A stretch of DNA of 64,000 nucleotides, taken from Bugula neritina. Lineage: Eukaryota > Animalia > Bryozoa. Below, in pieces: positions 10,601 through 24,213 of this stretch (within the stretch, counting starts at the first letter, position 1; every line of letters starts with the position of its first letter). The notes beneath the pieces are model-generated. The model had not been told where the DNA came from. It saw only the letters and a program-made list of their open reading frames with translations, and searched no databases. The stretch lies in assembly GCA_964035545.1 (NCBI GenBank), contig OZ037767.1, positions 6,774,707-6,838,706 of the forward strand, read 5' to 3'. The position numbers and the translations under genes are program-made.

Positions 10601-13600
10601 ACTACTTGCTATACACTCTTGGTTACTATACACTGCTTGTTTACAGGCAGTAACATGTTTGTATGGTTATTGCAGGTGTCCCTAGGTTTGGAGAACCTGG
10701 GTCTAAAGGCTGGTGTAATGTGGGAAGTGACAGTTACACTGTTTTACCAGCTCCTCTCAAGCCTACAGGTTGGTTAGTCACACAAGTAAATGTTACCTTC
10801 TGCTATAAGTTTCTCCATCATGACTTCAGTATATCTTATAATCAGACATGTTTCACATTCACCACCCTAGCCGCGTTTGATTTTACTATTTTTGTTTGAA
10901 TATATTATATTATATTATAGTATAATCATAATTGTTTGTTATTCTTGACCAGATTTGTTGTTCAGCGGCTGCACAACTTAACGCTATCTTGATGTGTTTT
11001 GTGTTGCATATTTTGGCAATACTTATTTTTTTATGTATATTACGTTTCTATCTCTGTTGTTAGCCTATATTTATTGTGTATCTAAGTTATTTCAGGTTTT
11101 TTGAGGTTTATTTTATAACCTCATAAGTACAGCATATGTGGTTATGTTGTTTTGCGCATCTGTTATGAAAATTTACTGTAAATCTTTGCAACAGACAATA
11201 ATTAGTTAAGGAGACAACTTCAATCAGCATCGTAATATTAAAAAAATCCAAGCTTAACAACAAAATGTTTTAGTTAGTACTGCAAACACGTATTTTAGTG
11301 GAGCAAGATCAAAATGAGGAGGAAAATATACTAACTGCTTGTCAGGAAATGTCTCGAGCCAAAACATGGCTAAGCTTGGAGAAATCTCGGCAAACATCTC
11401 ATTGGTTACCATGGAAACCATCAGCTAATGAGCGTGAAGATGACTGCGAAGATCCCCATCGCCTGGTTATCAGTGATGATTTTGTCGATCTGCTCTTTTA
11501 TGTAGAAGGTAAGAAACATTACTAAACTCATTGTATTGTGTATTTTACTTGTGTGCCAAATATCTACCGGATACACAGGAACAGTAGGGAATGTTTGTCC
11601 TTTTGACTACATGGATAGTTCTTATGAAATGGAAGCAAATTGACCTCATTTCAAGACATTAGCAATCAGAGTTTAATTATTTACTTGGATGACGTAGAAC
11701 AAACTGCAGTATGATTTTATGTTGAACAATAAAAGAAACAGCTGTCTACCACTACCAAAACTCGTGTGTTGCATACATTATTGTTTCATGCACAATATCC
11801 TTTGCATTATTATTTGTGGTCGATTCAGATATGAGTTTTTACAAAAGTGACTATTTATTTTAGATGATAAATTAAGAAGTAAAATGTATTTCAATTTTCT
11901 CAACTGGCTGGGATTGCATTCTCATAGTTCAGGCTCTGCCAGCATGCAGCAAGTGCTTGCAGGTGTCAATCAGCTGAGTCCAACACCTTGCGTCACCTGT
12001 CATACTTATGACTGGCAGGATTATATTCTCCATGACTTGTTCATGGCCCACTGCACAGACCAAATCTTTCATCATTTGACACGAGAAGATAAATCTAGTC
12101 TTATAGCAGCAAAACTTTATCATCAGCTTGATCAGGTACAATTTCTCAGTGTGAAAGAGATACTGTTGTAAATATAACAAGCTAGTAGTTTAATTTTTCA
12201 GATTCTTCTGCTATATAAAAGTTTTTATTTTATTTCGCTTGTGTATGGAAATATTGACAGAGTTCTTGCAGCGTTTAAATGCACATGACTGCAATATGTT
12301 CACATTTTATATACATGTGTACCTTTCTACTGTTGATAGTAACAAATGTTTATTTCATTGCTACCTTTTCTGTATTTTGTGTTTGCATTTCATACCAGCT
12401 ATCTGTCCCATTCTTTTTGAGTTTTATTTGTCACTCGTATGAGCATTAGTTTTGGTAAATAATAACTATTGCTGCTTAATACAGGTAAAGTCTATTGAAG
12501 ATAGTAAGCAGAGAAAGTTGAAAGGTAAAGAGTTAAAACGGTATGCTAAATCTATATTGAGTCTGGAAGAGAACAGAAATAATAGCAAGTTGTGGCTGTG
12601 TTATGCTGACTGCATTCGAGAATTGGGTGAGTATTGGGCAAAGTTTAACTGTCAAAGGTCAAGTTTTATTACTCTAATATCACAAAACATATGCATACAT
12701 ACATATATTATACAGATATTTAATATTATATATTAAATATATATTGAATATATATCATAGTATGTATATCATAATATAATATACGTGATTCTATGGTAAA
12801 ACTGCATAATATTGTAACTATAATAACTTGACATAATAATAAATACTCAATGACCAAATATATCTGTTTTTTAATATAGTTTGTATAGATGCATTCTCTT
12901 TGAGCAGTAAACAGTAATTTACTGCCCGAAGCTGCATTCTGTGTTAGTCTTGTTGAATATTTCCGTCACTACAGTTTAATCAACAGCTACACTTTTGTTT
13001 CTCAGGGTTCTTCCAGGAAATGTCCCAAGTATATGACGTGCTGCTTGGTGCTCAGGCTACGACATCAGAGTCAGCTGATGACCTCTTGACCCCTGACAGG
13101 TGTGAGATCTGGTGGAATGCTGTTCAGGGAGAGATAACTCAAAATCAGCCACTTCAAACTAGGATACTCTCTATATGCTGGTAACAGTCTTACTCTAACC
13201 CATGTGTGTTTATAGTCACTATCCTTGTGCGAACTCCTGATGGAAAGGGTTTTTTTTAGCCGGATAAGAACTTGTCCTTTATTATGACAAAGAAGCAATT
13301 ATGACTGGCTCCTCTTCCTAACATCACCAGTGGCCTTTACTGGGATTCAAGTCACTAACATTGTGTTTACTAAGTCAGTGCTCTAACTCACTAGACCAAT
13401 GCTACTCCCAACTTTCTTACTGTATGATTTGTATTAATTAATTTCTACATTTCATAAAATATATTATGACTATATTATTATGTAAATCCATTTGTTTGCT
13501 AATTTTTCACCTTGGTTGTATCTATGTTAATCGTTGTTTTAACAAACTATACAGTTATCAGTAATAATTTTGAATAAACAATTATGCTTAGGTCTAAACT

Positions 13601-16600
13601 ATTGCTATCTACATATGTAACTCATGTACTTTCTTCTAGGATGTATATTCTATTGACTTGCAGTAAACACATTGAGAATTATTGTAATTGTAAATCATTC
13701 TAATGACAGGCATTCAAACATATATATCTAAATTAGCCTCTATCTCAGACATTCATCTGTTTACTAGTTGGCTGGTTTGTGGAGGTGCCCTGATCACCAG
13801 TCCATCCGCATCTCTCAAGCTTCTTCTCATCCGTCAATTAGAGTCACAGATACAAGAACTGTGGGAAAAGGTTGGTACAGCTAATACTCATTATTTAATG
13901 GTAGCTTTTGTAATAGTTTCACCAACTAGTTGTTAAAATAAATCAAATATTTTTTAAATTACTTAGCCATGTGAAATTTATTTGAAGTTATCTTCTCCCA
14001 AAATAATAATTTAATGTGGGACCACCTAGCACTTGGTTTCAAATGATGTTTTTTTGCAAAAATGGATGAATGAGTTCTAAAGAGTGGGATTTTCTTAAAG
14101 CTGACTGGTTTTGAGTGTAAGACTGGATTATTCAGAACGAAATACTCGAAGTAGGATGCACAAAGTAACTTAACATAAACCTTCTCAGATTTAAGTTGAT
14201 CCTTACATTAGTAGGTCTTTAGTGCACTGGAGTGCTCCCAGATAATTAGTTCACTAAATTGTATACTTATATTGTATTGTTTATTTTAAAGATTTCACAT
14301 CATCATGCCTGTCATCTGAAATGTAATTCTATAATAACACCATCGTATTATGTTATGTACGCTTTTAACAGAAGCTTCAATACAAGTGTTTTGGATGTGG
14401 GGATCATTTAACTAAACTAAAATATAATTCTACATGTACACACTGTAAGAAATGTTATCGGTTTGGTATATTTAGCATACCGACGCCACATTGACTCAAT
14501 TTCATTGAATTTACAATTCAAGAGTAGACGACTACTTGTTTTACATGCCGCCTGCAGCCATCGATTGTAATGTACATATATTTATAGATTCAGGAAACCA
14601 AGTACTCAGAGCAAAAACAGTTGTTGATGTCGGTGTTTTCCACGTTGCTATTATGCAACTATACGTCAGTGGCGTTGGTCAGCGGGGAGGCAGCACTAGA
14701 GCAGTCAGTCTCTTATTGGTCACAGCACGAGTTTCTCACACAGAACTTTGACCAATCAAAGTACTACAAGTCATTAGTTAAGGTCAGTGGGACAACTTGA
14801 TGTAGTGGAGTAGTATGTATAGTGTAGTGTAGTGTAGTGTAGTGTAGTGTAGTGTAGTGTAGTGTAGTGTAGTGTAGTGTAGTGTAGTGTAGTGTAGTGT
14901 AGTATAGTGTAGTTTAGTGTAGTGTAGTATAGTGTAATATAGTATAGTGTAGTGTAGTGTAGTGTAGTGTAGTGTAGTGTAGTGTAGTGTAGTGTAGTGT
15001 AGTGTAGTGTAGTGTAGTGTAGTGTAGTGTAGTGTAGTGTAGTGTAGTGTAGTGTAGTATAGTATAGTTTAGTGTAGTGTAGTATAGTGTAATATAGTAT
15101 AGTGTAGTGTAGTATAGTATAGTGTAACATAGTGTAGTGTAGTGTAGTATAGTGTAGTGTAGTGTAGTGTAGTGTAGTATAGTATAGTATAGTGTAGTGT
15201 AGTGTAGTATAGTGTAACATAGTGTAGTGTAGTGTAGTATAGTGTAGTGTAGTGTAGTGTAGTGTAGTGTAGTGTAGTGTAGTGTAGTGTAATATAGTAT
15301 AGTATAGTGTAGTGCAGTGTAATATAGTATAGTATAATATAATATAGTATAGTGCAGTATAGTATAGTGTAATATAGTGTAGTGTAATATAGTACAGTAT
15401 AGTGTAATATAGTATAGTGTAGTGTAGTTTAGTGTAGTGTAGTGTAACATAGTGTAGTGTGACTTCACCTAGAGCAGCATAGAGTAAGTGGTGCAACTTC
15501 AAAGAATACTGTACTGTTTTCATTGCACATGCCTAAACCTCATAACTTCTTATTAATCACAGTAAATATTCATCTAAACATGATAATATCTTGGGGTAGC
15601 ATTTATAAACCTTTCTATTATTTATTTAAATTTGGTTGCTATATGAACCAATTGTTTCTGGGTATATTTAAAACTATCAGAATATTACAAAGAAACAATT
15701 ATCATCTAATGTTTCCATCTCCCTTCCTTCTTCAAAATGGTAAAATTTGCATCAACAAGTATTACATGATATATTCAGGAAAAGGTGTGATTGTTAATTT
15801 AGCCTTCTTCAAAAAGGGTGGTTTAGTACCTTCTTGCAAGCGACTTGAGATGTGGCCAATTCAACTCCTCACACCCAATAGTATTGCGTCAAACCCTGGA
15901 GATGCAAATGCAGTACTTGCTAATGGCTGAGGGTGCTGGGCCCAAGTGGCAGCAGGTTCCCCAGTGACTCATAAGGGCAGGTGCTATGGCAGTCACTGAC
16001 ACTTGGGAAGCGGCATAGTAGGGGCCTCCAAATGTATCAAATCGGAATTCTGACCTTGTATTAATTTGAATAAATATCTTCATTGCCACTAATGGGGAAA
16101 CCATTTACTGATTTATTTGTTAAATCTAAACCAATCAACACAGTTCTAGGTTGGTGATGACTCTAAAGATACAGGGATGTAATGCAAGCATTTTATTTTC
16201 ACACAACTTACTAAATGCCTACACATGTGCATGTACTAACTTACTTATCCTTCTGTAATATAAGGGAATGTTTAAATAGACATTGACATTAACATAGTCA
16301 ACTTTTTGCTTGAGTAAATGTAAACTTGACTTGGTTCAACATTGACTTGCCTTTGCTGATATTTTACCTAGCTCCATTATTTACTTTAGCATTCTAGTGT
16401 GTACTAAGTACTTTAAATCTTCACACTTAAATAAGGTCAGCTTTTATGTTTATTATAGAAATTCAATTTATAATTTAAAGAGGTCTATTGATAGCAGTTT
16501 AATATTGACCAAGAGATGCTAATTTCAGCTGAACTAATTTCCTTGCTAAAGTAATTAATCCTGATTTGTATTCTTCTGTATTATTTCTATAAGATCCTAG

Positions 16601-18521
16601 CCTTGCTATGACGACAAAGGGTGGGGGTATAATGACACCACTAATTAATTAATAAGGATTGTTATTAGTTGTTTGGTGGACAGTAACACATGTATCTCTG
16701 TACATTTGTAATGTGTGCCCTGACAAACCCTAATAATTCTATTCCACATTTCGCAGGATTAGTTGCATAGTTGATATATTCCATCTAATATATTACATCT
16801 AATGTATTGCATCTAATTTATTACATCTAATGTATTACATCTAATGTATTACATCTAATGTATTACATCTGATTTATTACACTGAAATAGTGTGTGTATA
16901 AACTATCATTGTTATATTTCATGTTCCCCAATCCCTTACCATTTATACTTGGTCTACTAGTAATCCACATACCACAATCACACTGTTCAGTGCTCTGGTG
17001 TATTTCTGAGACAACCGGTGAAGATGCTGTCACATGGGGAGACAAATTTGCACAAGTCAAAAAATGGGCTCTTTTTATTCTAATTAATTTCACGTGATTG
17101 AGAATAGCACTGATATTTAAAAATAAAATGATAAAATGGCCGCTTTAGTTCCAATCTCACCGATACACATATTGTGTGTGGCAAGTAGCTCTTACAGCAT
17201 ACATGAAGTTCAGCTCTATGTGGCAGCACCATAAAGTCTGAAGTGTAGTCCAACCGGGCCTTTTTATCATGATACATATTTTAGATACTGAAGTATGTGC
17301 AGCAGAACCTCTACGTATCTTCAACACCGCTTCTACGTTCTGTCATTCAGTTAGCTATCAGTAACGTACATGACTGTACCACGTTCTTACAAGAGTACAT
17401 GGCGATGGAACAGAGGAACTATGCTGTCAGTAGAACCAGGCAGTTCTTCACCTCGTACTTAGCCTCTAGTTCCTCATCTCATAGTTCTAGGGCTAGGGAA
17501 AAGGTTGCTATTTACAGTGTGCTCTTTGAGTTACAACAGCTGCAGGCGTTGTCAAGTGATGGTTAGTAAACGTTTTATTGTGTTTGATCCAAGTTCTTTT
17601 AGCTTTCCAAACCCCAAACAGATATAATATGAAGTCGATGAAGCTCTATGGTTTTTACTACTGGTTTGCTGTTTTTTCGTGTGAATGATTTTTATGTTTG
17701 TTAAATGGTCACACATTGCAACGCTTTTGTTTTTACGATACAGCTAAGTATTCACAGTGTATTTTCTTCAGATTATTCCTCCAAGAGTGTTACCCACAGA
17801 ATAAGGTCGGTTTGTGAGAAGTGTCTCAACACATTCTGCTCAACATCAGTGTTACTATGGAGACTATACATGTCACATGAGGTGAGGAAGGTGCATTTTT
17901 GCAAATGACGAACTACAGATTTTCTTGGGCTAAACTTTGATGTTGGTTTATTTTTGTCCGTCAATCTATTGGTGATGTAATGATATCTTTTTGAGGCTAT
18001 AGCTTATTTTGGCAGCAGTATCGCAGATATTTTACAGATAGCAACAGCCGAGTGATTTAGTAGAAAATTCTGCTATCGTAATGTAATATTATGTAATCTA
18101 TACAGTTCCTATTTGGTGACTTAGAGGGATAATGCGTAAGTATTAGAGTTTTTGCCATTTTATACAGTATGCAACTTCTTGCACTGTCTGTCACTGGAAG
18201 AAGGTACTTACCCAAGCCACAGGCTCTCTCTGATAATTACGGAGTATTTATCTGGTTTTAATTGCTCTAAATCCTCATCCCATAATCATTTTGGTATTAT
18301 TATACCAATTTATTTTCCAGGCTAAACATGGTGACCTAAAGAAAGTGGAGTCTATATTCTATTCCTCAGTGCAGGCCTGTCCATACGCCAAGTATCTCTA
18401 CACTGATGCTGTCACATACTTGCCTCATAAGATTGAAGAGATCCTTGGTATTGCAGAAGAGAAGGATGTACGAGTTCACACGCCACTTGATGAGCTAGAT
18501 ATTTTACTTCACCAAGAATGA
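4613..18521 (+). CDS. NRDE2: NRDE2 (nuclear exosome regulator / nuclear RNAi factor), about 20 exons
   Basis: GT-AG exons encode MSLFP (start), NWLQVSSF, VDNRPDKDNYSFGSL...ISKY, NPLGILDSST, LREDSGNTELWLRLISAQD, EKAVAIVQSMIEFN, FYDSGVPRFGEPGSKGW, HWLPWKP...DCEDPHRLV and the C-terminal ACPYAKYLY...EKDVRVHTPLDELDILL, all typical NRDE2 motifs. Internal exon edges are approximate. Confidence 0.92.
8572..8875. repeat. Intronic minisatellite, ~17-bp unit CATATACACTTACTATA
   Basis: Visible degenerate tandem array. Confidence 0.85.
14812..15459. repeat. (TAGTG)n pentanucleotide microsatellite, ~650 bp, in an NRDE2 intron
   Basis: Long tandem array with TAGTA/TAATA variants; accounts for the HYTTL-repeat ORFs. 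Confidence 0.97.
16783..16870. repeat. 14-bp tandem repeat TATTACATCTAATG
   Basis: About six visible copies. Confidence 0.8.
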
Positions 18522-19769
18522 CTGCCTAAATTCTATACCATTTGAGATGTTAACTATGATTTTTGCATAGATAGATTCTGTGCTGTCAAGTTAAACAGTG
18601 AAGATTGTTTTGACGCTTTTAAGTAATAATTTTGCTGTTTAAAGATCACTCCTGAATACATTGGTATATCGATGTTTGGCTTATTTACATCTTCATTTTT
18701 CACACATTCACCAAAATCTGTTTTCAAATAAATATTTTGCTTGGCTGGTACCCAGTTAGTTATTTACCTGATTCTTGTATTAGTGATTATAATTAAATCT
18801 GTAGTCTTTTTATTTACCTACATACATTATCAAAATATTTTATACATCAAAATACAGTGGATTCACTTTATGCATACTCCTTTCTCTTGCTGAGTCAAGG
18901 TCTTGAAATAAAGATTTTCACAAATAAATGTGCGTTCTCCATCATGTGTAAATATTGCTGGTCCATTCTGCTTCTAAAGTTGTATAAATGTGGCTACATT
19001 GCGGAAAACATAGTTCTTGTTTTATTTTTCTCTGCAGCTAAACTTTTGTCATGTGCTTGTAAGAAAAGTTGGTTCATGGATGGTCAAGTATTCTTTTATA
19101 GCATTAAATTAGCCTTCAAATGCTTAATTGTGTGTTGGAGAGCATCTATATCGATTATTGTCAACTATTTTAAGCCTTTCTTAAATGAATATTCAGTTGT
19201 AGAAAAACGCAGGCCTTAGTAAATTTCACGGTATTTGTTCTATAATTATATGTTTAGAGATAGAACTTTGATCTAATTTTTTACCTACAGCCTGAGGTCT
19301 TCCATGTTTTAACCCTGTGTATGTTGTAATATCCATATGCTGAATCAACTCATGAGGAGCGCTGGGAGATGCATTCAAACTGCATATTGCCTTAATAAGT
19401 AGAGAATTGCACTTTAATTACAGGATAAGATAAAAAAATGTAGAGTTTAATTACTATGTATTTTATATAATCTACATGTTAGCTTAATTTTAAAGCAAAA
19501 TTACAATTGAATTTTTAACACAGGCTATTATGATAACTGGTTCCATTAAAATAATAAAAATTGCCTCGTAATAGACTTGAAAATAGGTAAAATAAAAGAG
19601 AGTTGTCCTCTTACATAACTCATAGCTTCAAAAGAAGACGACTTTTTTATTATGTACATTTTAAATAATTCAAAATAAAAATATTTTATTGTGATAAGTG
19701 TTTTTATGCAATAAAAAACTAGCAAGTTTATTTTTTATACCGAAAGAATATATTGCTCGTATAGCTTGC

Positions 19770-19920
19770 TTGAAATAACAGTTTCCGGAGCTGCGTCTAT
19801 TGCTGGACAACACCTTTATAATCGTAATGTTTGGGTTTTCCTTCGTGAATGCGGCGAAGCCATTTGCTAATAATAATTCGTTGCGATTACGTGATTAGCA
19901 ATCCAGAGTGAGAGTGAGTA
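19770..19920 (+). promoter_or_regulatory. Probable promoter and first non-coding exon of the SBP2-family gene
   Basis: Local CpG enrichment in an AT-rich background, followed by a GTGAGT donor near 19914; lies upstream of the CDS. Confidence 0.35.
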
Positions 19921-22900
19921 TTGAAGAACTGAAAGAATTGCAGTGAAATTATTTATTTGCATGGTTAAAATTTATTTTTAATGGTAAACAATAGCAAGGC
20001 TAAGTGTAACTGCCAGAATTAGTGATGAGTGAACTCAGTTTTAGTTTTACTTTTACTTTTAGTTTAGTTTTACAATTACTGTAAATCGAAGGAAGACTGA
20101 AGAGACTGTTCACAATCACTGTGAGTGTGGAAGTGGATTTGATATAGCTTGAGTTGAACTAAAACATAATCTATAGTCATACTCATAATCTGAGAGTGAT
20201 TATTTTAATGGGAACAGTAAATGTAATGAATAGTGACGACTGAAGTTTTAGTTAGTATTCAAGTTTAAGTTTGTCATTATAATTATGACCATCATTATGA
20301 TTATGTTTATTCAATAAACCTTATCGCCTATTGGTTAGCTATTAAACTCAAGTACTACTACTATTATATTTTCACTGTGAATAGATTGATTATTGATATT
20401 TTACACTTTCACACTTACTTTTCACTTTTAAGGGCATCATTGCCACTTCGAATCTGAATCTCACCTTGTTTCTACTAATTAAAATAGTGACTCGATCACT
20501 GTTACTGTACTGTAGAGTATTTTTTATTTAAATAAAAGTCATAATGCTACAAAAGTTGTACACTTGAGATGATACGAGTCTCTATTTAATAGAAACTAGT
20601 AATCTAACACTCATAGTCATAGCCATAAAGAGTGAGAGCAGACATCAATACCTCTTAGAGCTGAAGATCAGTAATTTTTCTGTTAACTTTTAAATTTGGT
20701 AGGCATATTAATGATCTAATATTAATAGTTACTTCTAGTTTTACTCAACTTTAGTGAGCATAGGCCTATAGTATTAATTGTTGAGTGGGTTAAATGTGTC
20801 GACCCACGTTTACACTTAATAACTTCAACTCTGCCTATTATAGACATGCTCTTTAAACCTAGGTTTTCAGAACTGTAATATGTATTGAATGCGAATAAAT
20901 TGGGGGCTTTAGTTTTAATAATGGAGTATGATAAAATAACTATCTTTTACAGTCCAATCATTACCCTTGTATAATAACCATTAAATTTTCATGTAAACAC
21001 TGAATTTACAGTTAAATGTTTGTAACTTGCAATTAGTAATTTCAATCACTGATGCCAACATAACTCGAATCCAACTCCAATAACTGCTAGCTTTTTTATT
21101 ATTATAGCTATTACTACTGACGTTCATTCACGTTTGATACAACTAAATTATTTTTGATTGGAATAAAAATACTATTAAGTGATTAAATATGAGCACAAAT
21201 GGCATGTTTCTGGAGTTATTTACAGAGTAGCAAAATACAAGTAGAAACAAATAAAGCAAGTAGACATTTGTAATTTATTTTATGTTGAAATGTGTTTAAA
21301 AACTCAGTAGTTTATCAAAGGTTTGTTTTTAATATTGAAGACTCATCAAGTATTACAGCACTTTAGGGGCAGTTTTTACAGCACACTACTTTTCCATAGT
21401 CTCATTGTATAGCTCTAACGCTTGTTTACATAATTTTGTGTACATTAAAAGCTAAAAACAATATTTACTTTTCGCAACAACAAAGAATTTATTCATGAAA
21501 GTATTGATATTTTAAAGTAAGCTTGGCTAATTTAATGTATTTAGTGTCTATTTCTTAGTAATATTTGCATTATTATAGTTTAGAAATGCTCATATAGAAT
21601 GGAATAATTTGCAGTCAATAAACAAAATTATCCCACCACTGCTTACTAGTTTTACAATTGTGAATTTAATTTGTTAACCCTCAGATTTTCTGCTTTCCAC
21701 GGGTGGTTCTGTCTGGTTTGAATTCTTTCATGAGACATTTAACTAGATAGATTATGTTATATTAGCTTGAAGTAAAACCAAAGAATTTGCATTTAAGCTT
21801 TGATTGACTCAGTACATCTGGTTCATAAATCATAGTTTCAACTGTCTAGCCTTTAGCTAGCTCCTCCTTTGATTGAAATTCAATTGGTGTAGTGCTATAA
21901 ATAATAGGGATAAATAAATGGTAATTAAAATGTATTTATATCTGTCTAAACTTTTATGGTGGAACTACCCTAGTCCATGCTACTGCGTTATCTTGTACTC
22001 CAGTTGTGGAAGGCTGTTAGTATAGAATAATCTAGCGCTCACCCTTAGTGTATGTAGTCTGACATGTGAAGTTTCAATATTAAAATTTTTTTTGCTGCTG
22101 CCCGTTATTTCTTTTGTATTTTGAGGCTGTCAACTTAGAATAAGCAAAAAGCTAGAGACAATAATTGTGATTGAGCAGGTCTTACCCATTAGCTTGCAAC
22201 GTAAATAGGGTTTAAGGATAATCTATATTGTAAGTAGATTATCAGTAAAACTAATTGGTCTGGTAGGCCTGGATTCTCTCATATTTTTACTCATTCTCGT
22301 GACAGATTTGTTTATGCTCGGTAAGTGGATTCTTTTACTTCATTTTGTGTTCAACTTTTCTACTGAACTATTTCATTTACATATGCAATCATTGAACAGG
22401 TGAGTGGTGCAGTAAGGTCTATTTAGCGTCTGATACTCAATCCAGTCTGTTAGAATCATCAAATAACAACCCCTTTGGTCAGGGTTACATATCTCCATTT
22501 CATTTTATTACAGCTGAGGCAGTAATGATATTCAAGTGACAACATATGTATAAACTGCATCACTACAGTAAAACCATCATTGCAATCATTTCCTGTATGT
22601 AATTGCTGCCACATGTGAGCTCTTTGAGCAGCAGCATTCATCGCAGTCTACGAGTGTTGCTGCACATGCTGTGACTAGTGCTGGGAGAGAAAGTTATTTT
22701 TGAAACTAGTTTCTAGTGTTAAAAGAAACAGTTAAATAATTGTAACAGGTATAAGTTACGCGTGCGTAAAAATGTTGCAGCCGCATTTTCAGTTGTTTTC
22801 CTTAGTGACTCAGTTATATTAGTGGAAGAAAATGTTACATTAGAAAGGATATTGAACTTCTATTCAAGGCAACAACTCAAGTTTACATGCATCGGGGAGA

Positions 22901-24213
22901 GTTGGGCAGCCAAGATCATCCAATTGTATTTTATTGATCTTTAATCAATCACAGTAAAAAGTTGAGGTGCAGGCTTGCAACAAAAGCTGCATAACTACCC
23001 ATTGTTCATGTTGGTTACACTAATAACTTGTGATTTGCTGTGCAAATAGCTGCTTTGTTCTTTGGTGTAGTTTTTTAACACGAATTAGCTGACAACCTCT
23101 GCGTTTAATATTGAGGCAGGTTTCAAATGTTGGTGAGTAGTATTTTCATCATCGGGATAGAATGTTCTTACTTTTCTCCAACTCTTCTAGTTTTGTAGTT
23201 TTTTTTTCTGTAATAAATTCAAGTGAAAACAGAGCTTTTTCACTCACTGCATTCCTATTGCTCCAGTGGGTTTGTGGTTGTGGTTTGCATTATCTTATGG
23301 TTGAGGTTTCATTCAATGCAACTGTCCCCCCCCCCACATCAATGGAATATCCAACAGGAAGCAGTGACTGTGTTTGTCTAAAAATGTACTTTGATTTATT
23401 GATGCACAATGCATTTCCTGTACTAGCAAGTGTTATGTAATTTCACAGTAGACATCAGCTAGTTTTTCTTGAGTAATTAATACTCTAAAGAAACACTCAT
23501 CCCATCATGTTAATCAGAGATAGGCAGCCTATACATTACGAAATTCCAATTTGTTGCATTTCTCTGGAAATGTTATTATAACTAAGGTTATTTTAGATCT
23601 ACAATGTTGGAAAGTAGCATGATTTTCTATACTAACAGTCTGACTAAATAGTTATGCAAATGTTAATGTTACTGCTATTCTTGTTATACGCTACTATATT
23701 ATTAGTATTAGGAAATCCTCTAGAATTATACATGTATTGACTAGCTGGCAATAACCAGTTACTTATTATTGTTTTAGTTTTATTCAACTTAACACGTTAC
23801 TGCATTTCTTCTGTGGACTTCTTTATTTACTTTGCACGTCATTCATTTGCTACTTCTACTTGTAGGGAGACTGACTGATACTGCGTTCACCTTTTACCTG
23901 TACTTTGTGAGCTTCAGGTAGGTCTAGCTGTTACAAGTAGAAGGATTGTCAAGTCATCGGCCTAGTGCTTTATGATGTTATTTATTTGCCAATTTAGAAG
24001 AGTTTCAGAACTTGTTTAAAAAATAAGAGGGTCTGCAACAATCCCCTAAGTGTTGGAAACACATGGCGATGTCTTTCTATGCTGCAGTATTTCTTCAAAA
24101 AAAACGGATTTTGTACGTAGCTGTTGAATTTGATTTTGTAATCTTATGACATTTTGAATAAAAACGAAAGGTATATGATTTTCCCAGGATGGCGATAGAG
24201 TAACCCCAGAATC

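Noticed and set aside
14774-15523. 249-aa and 184-aa HYTTL-repeat ORFs
   Set aside because: Translations of the (TAGTG)n microsatellite.
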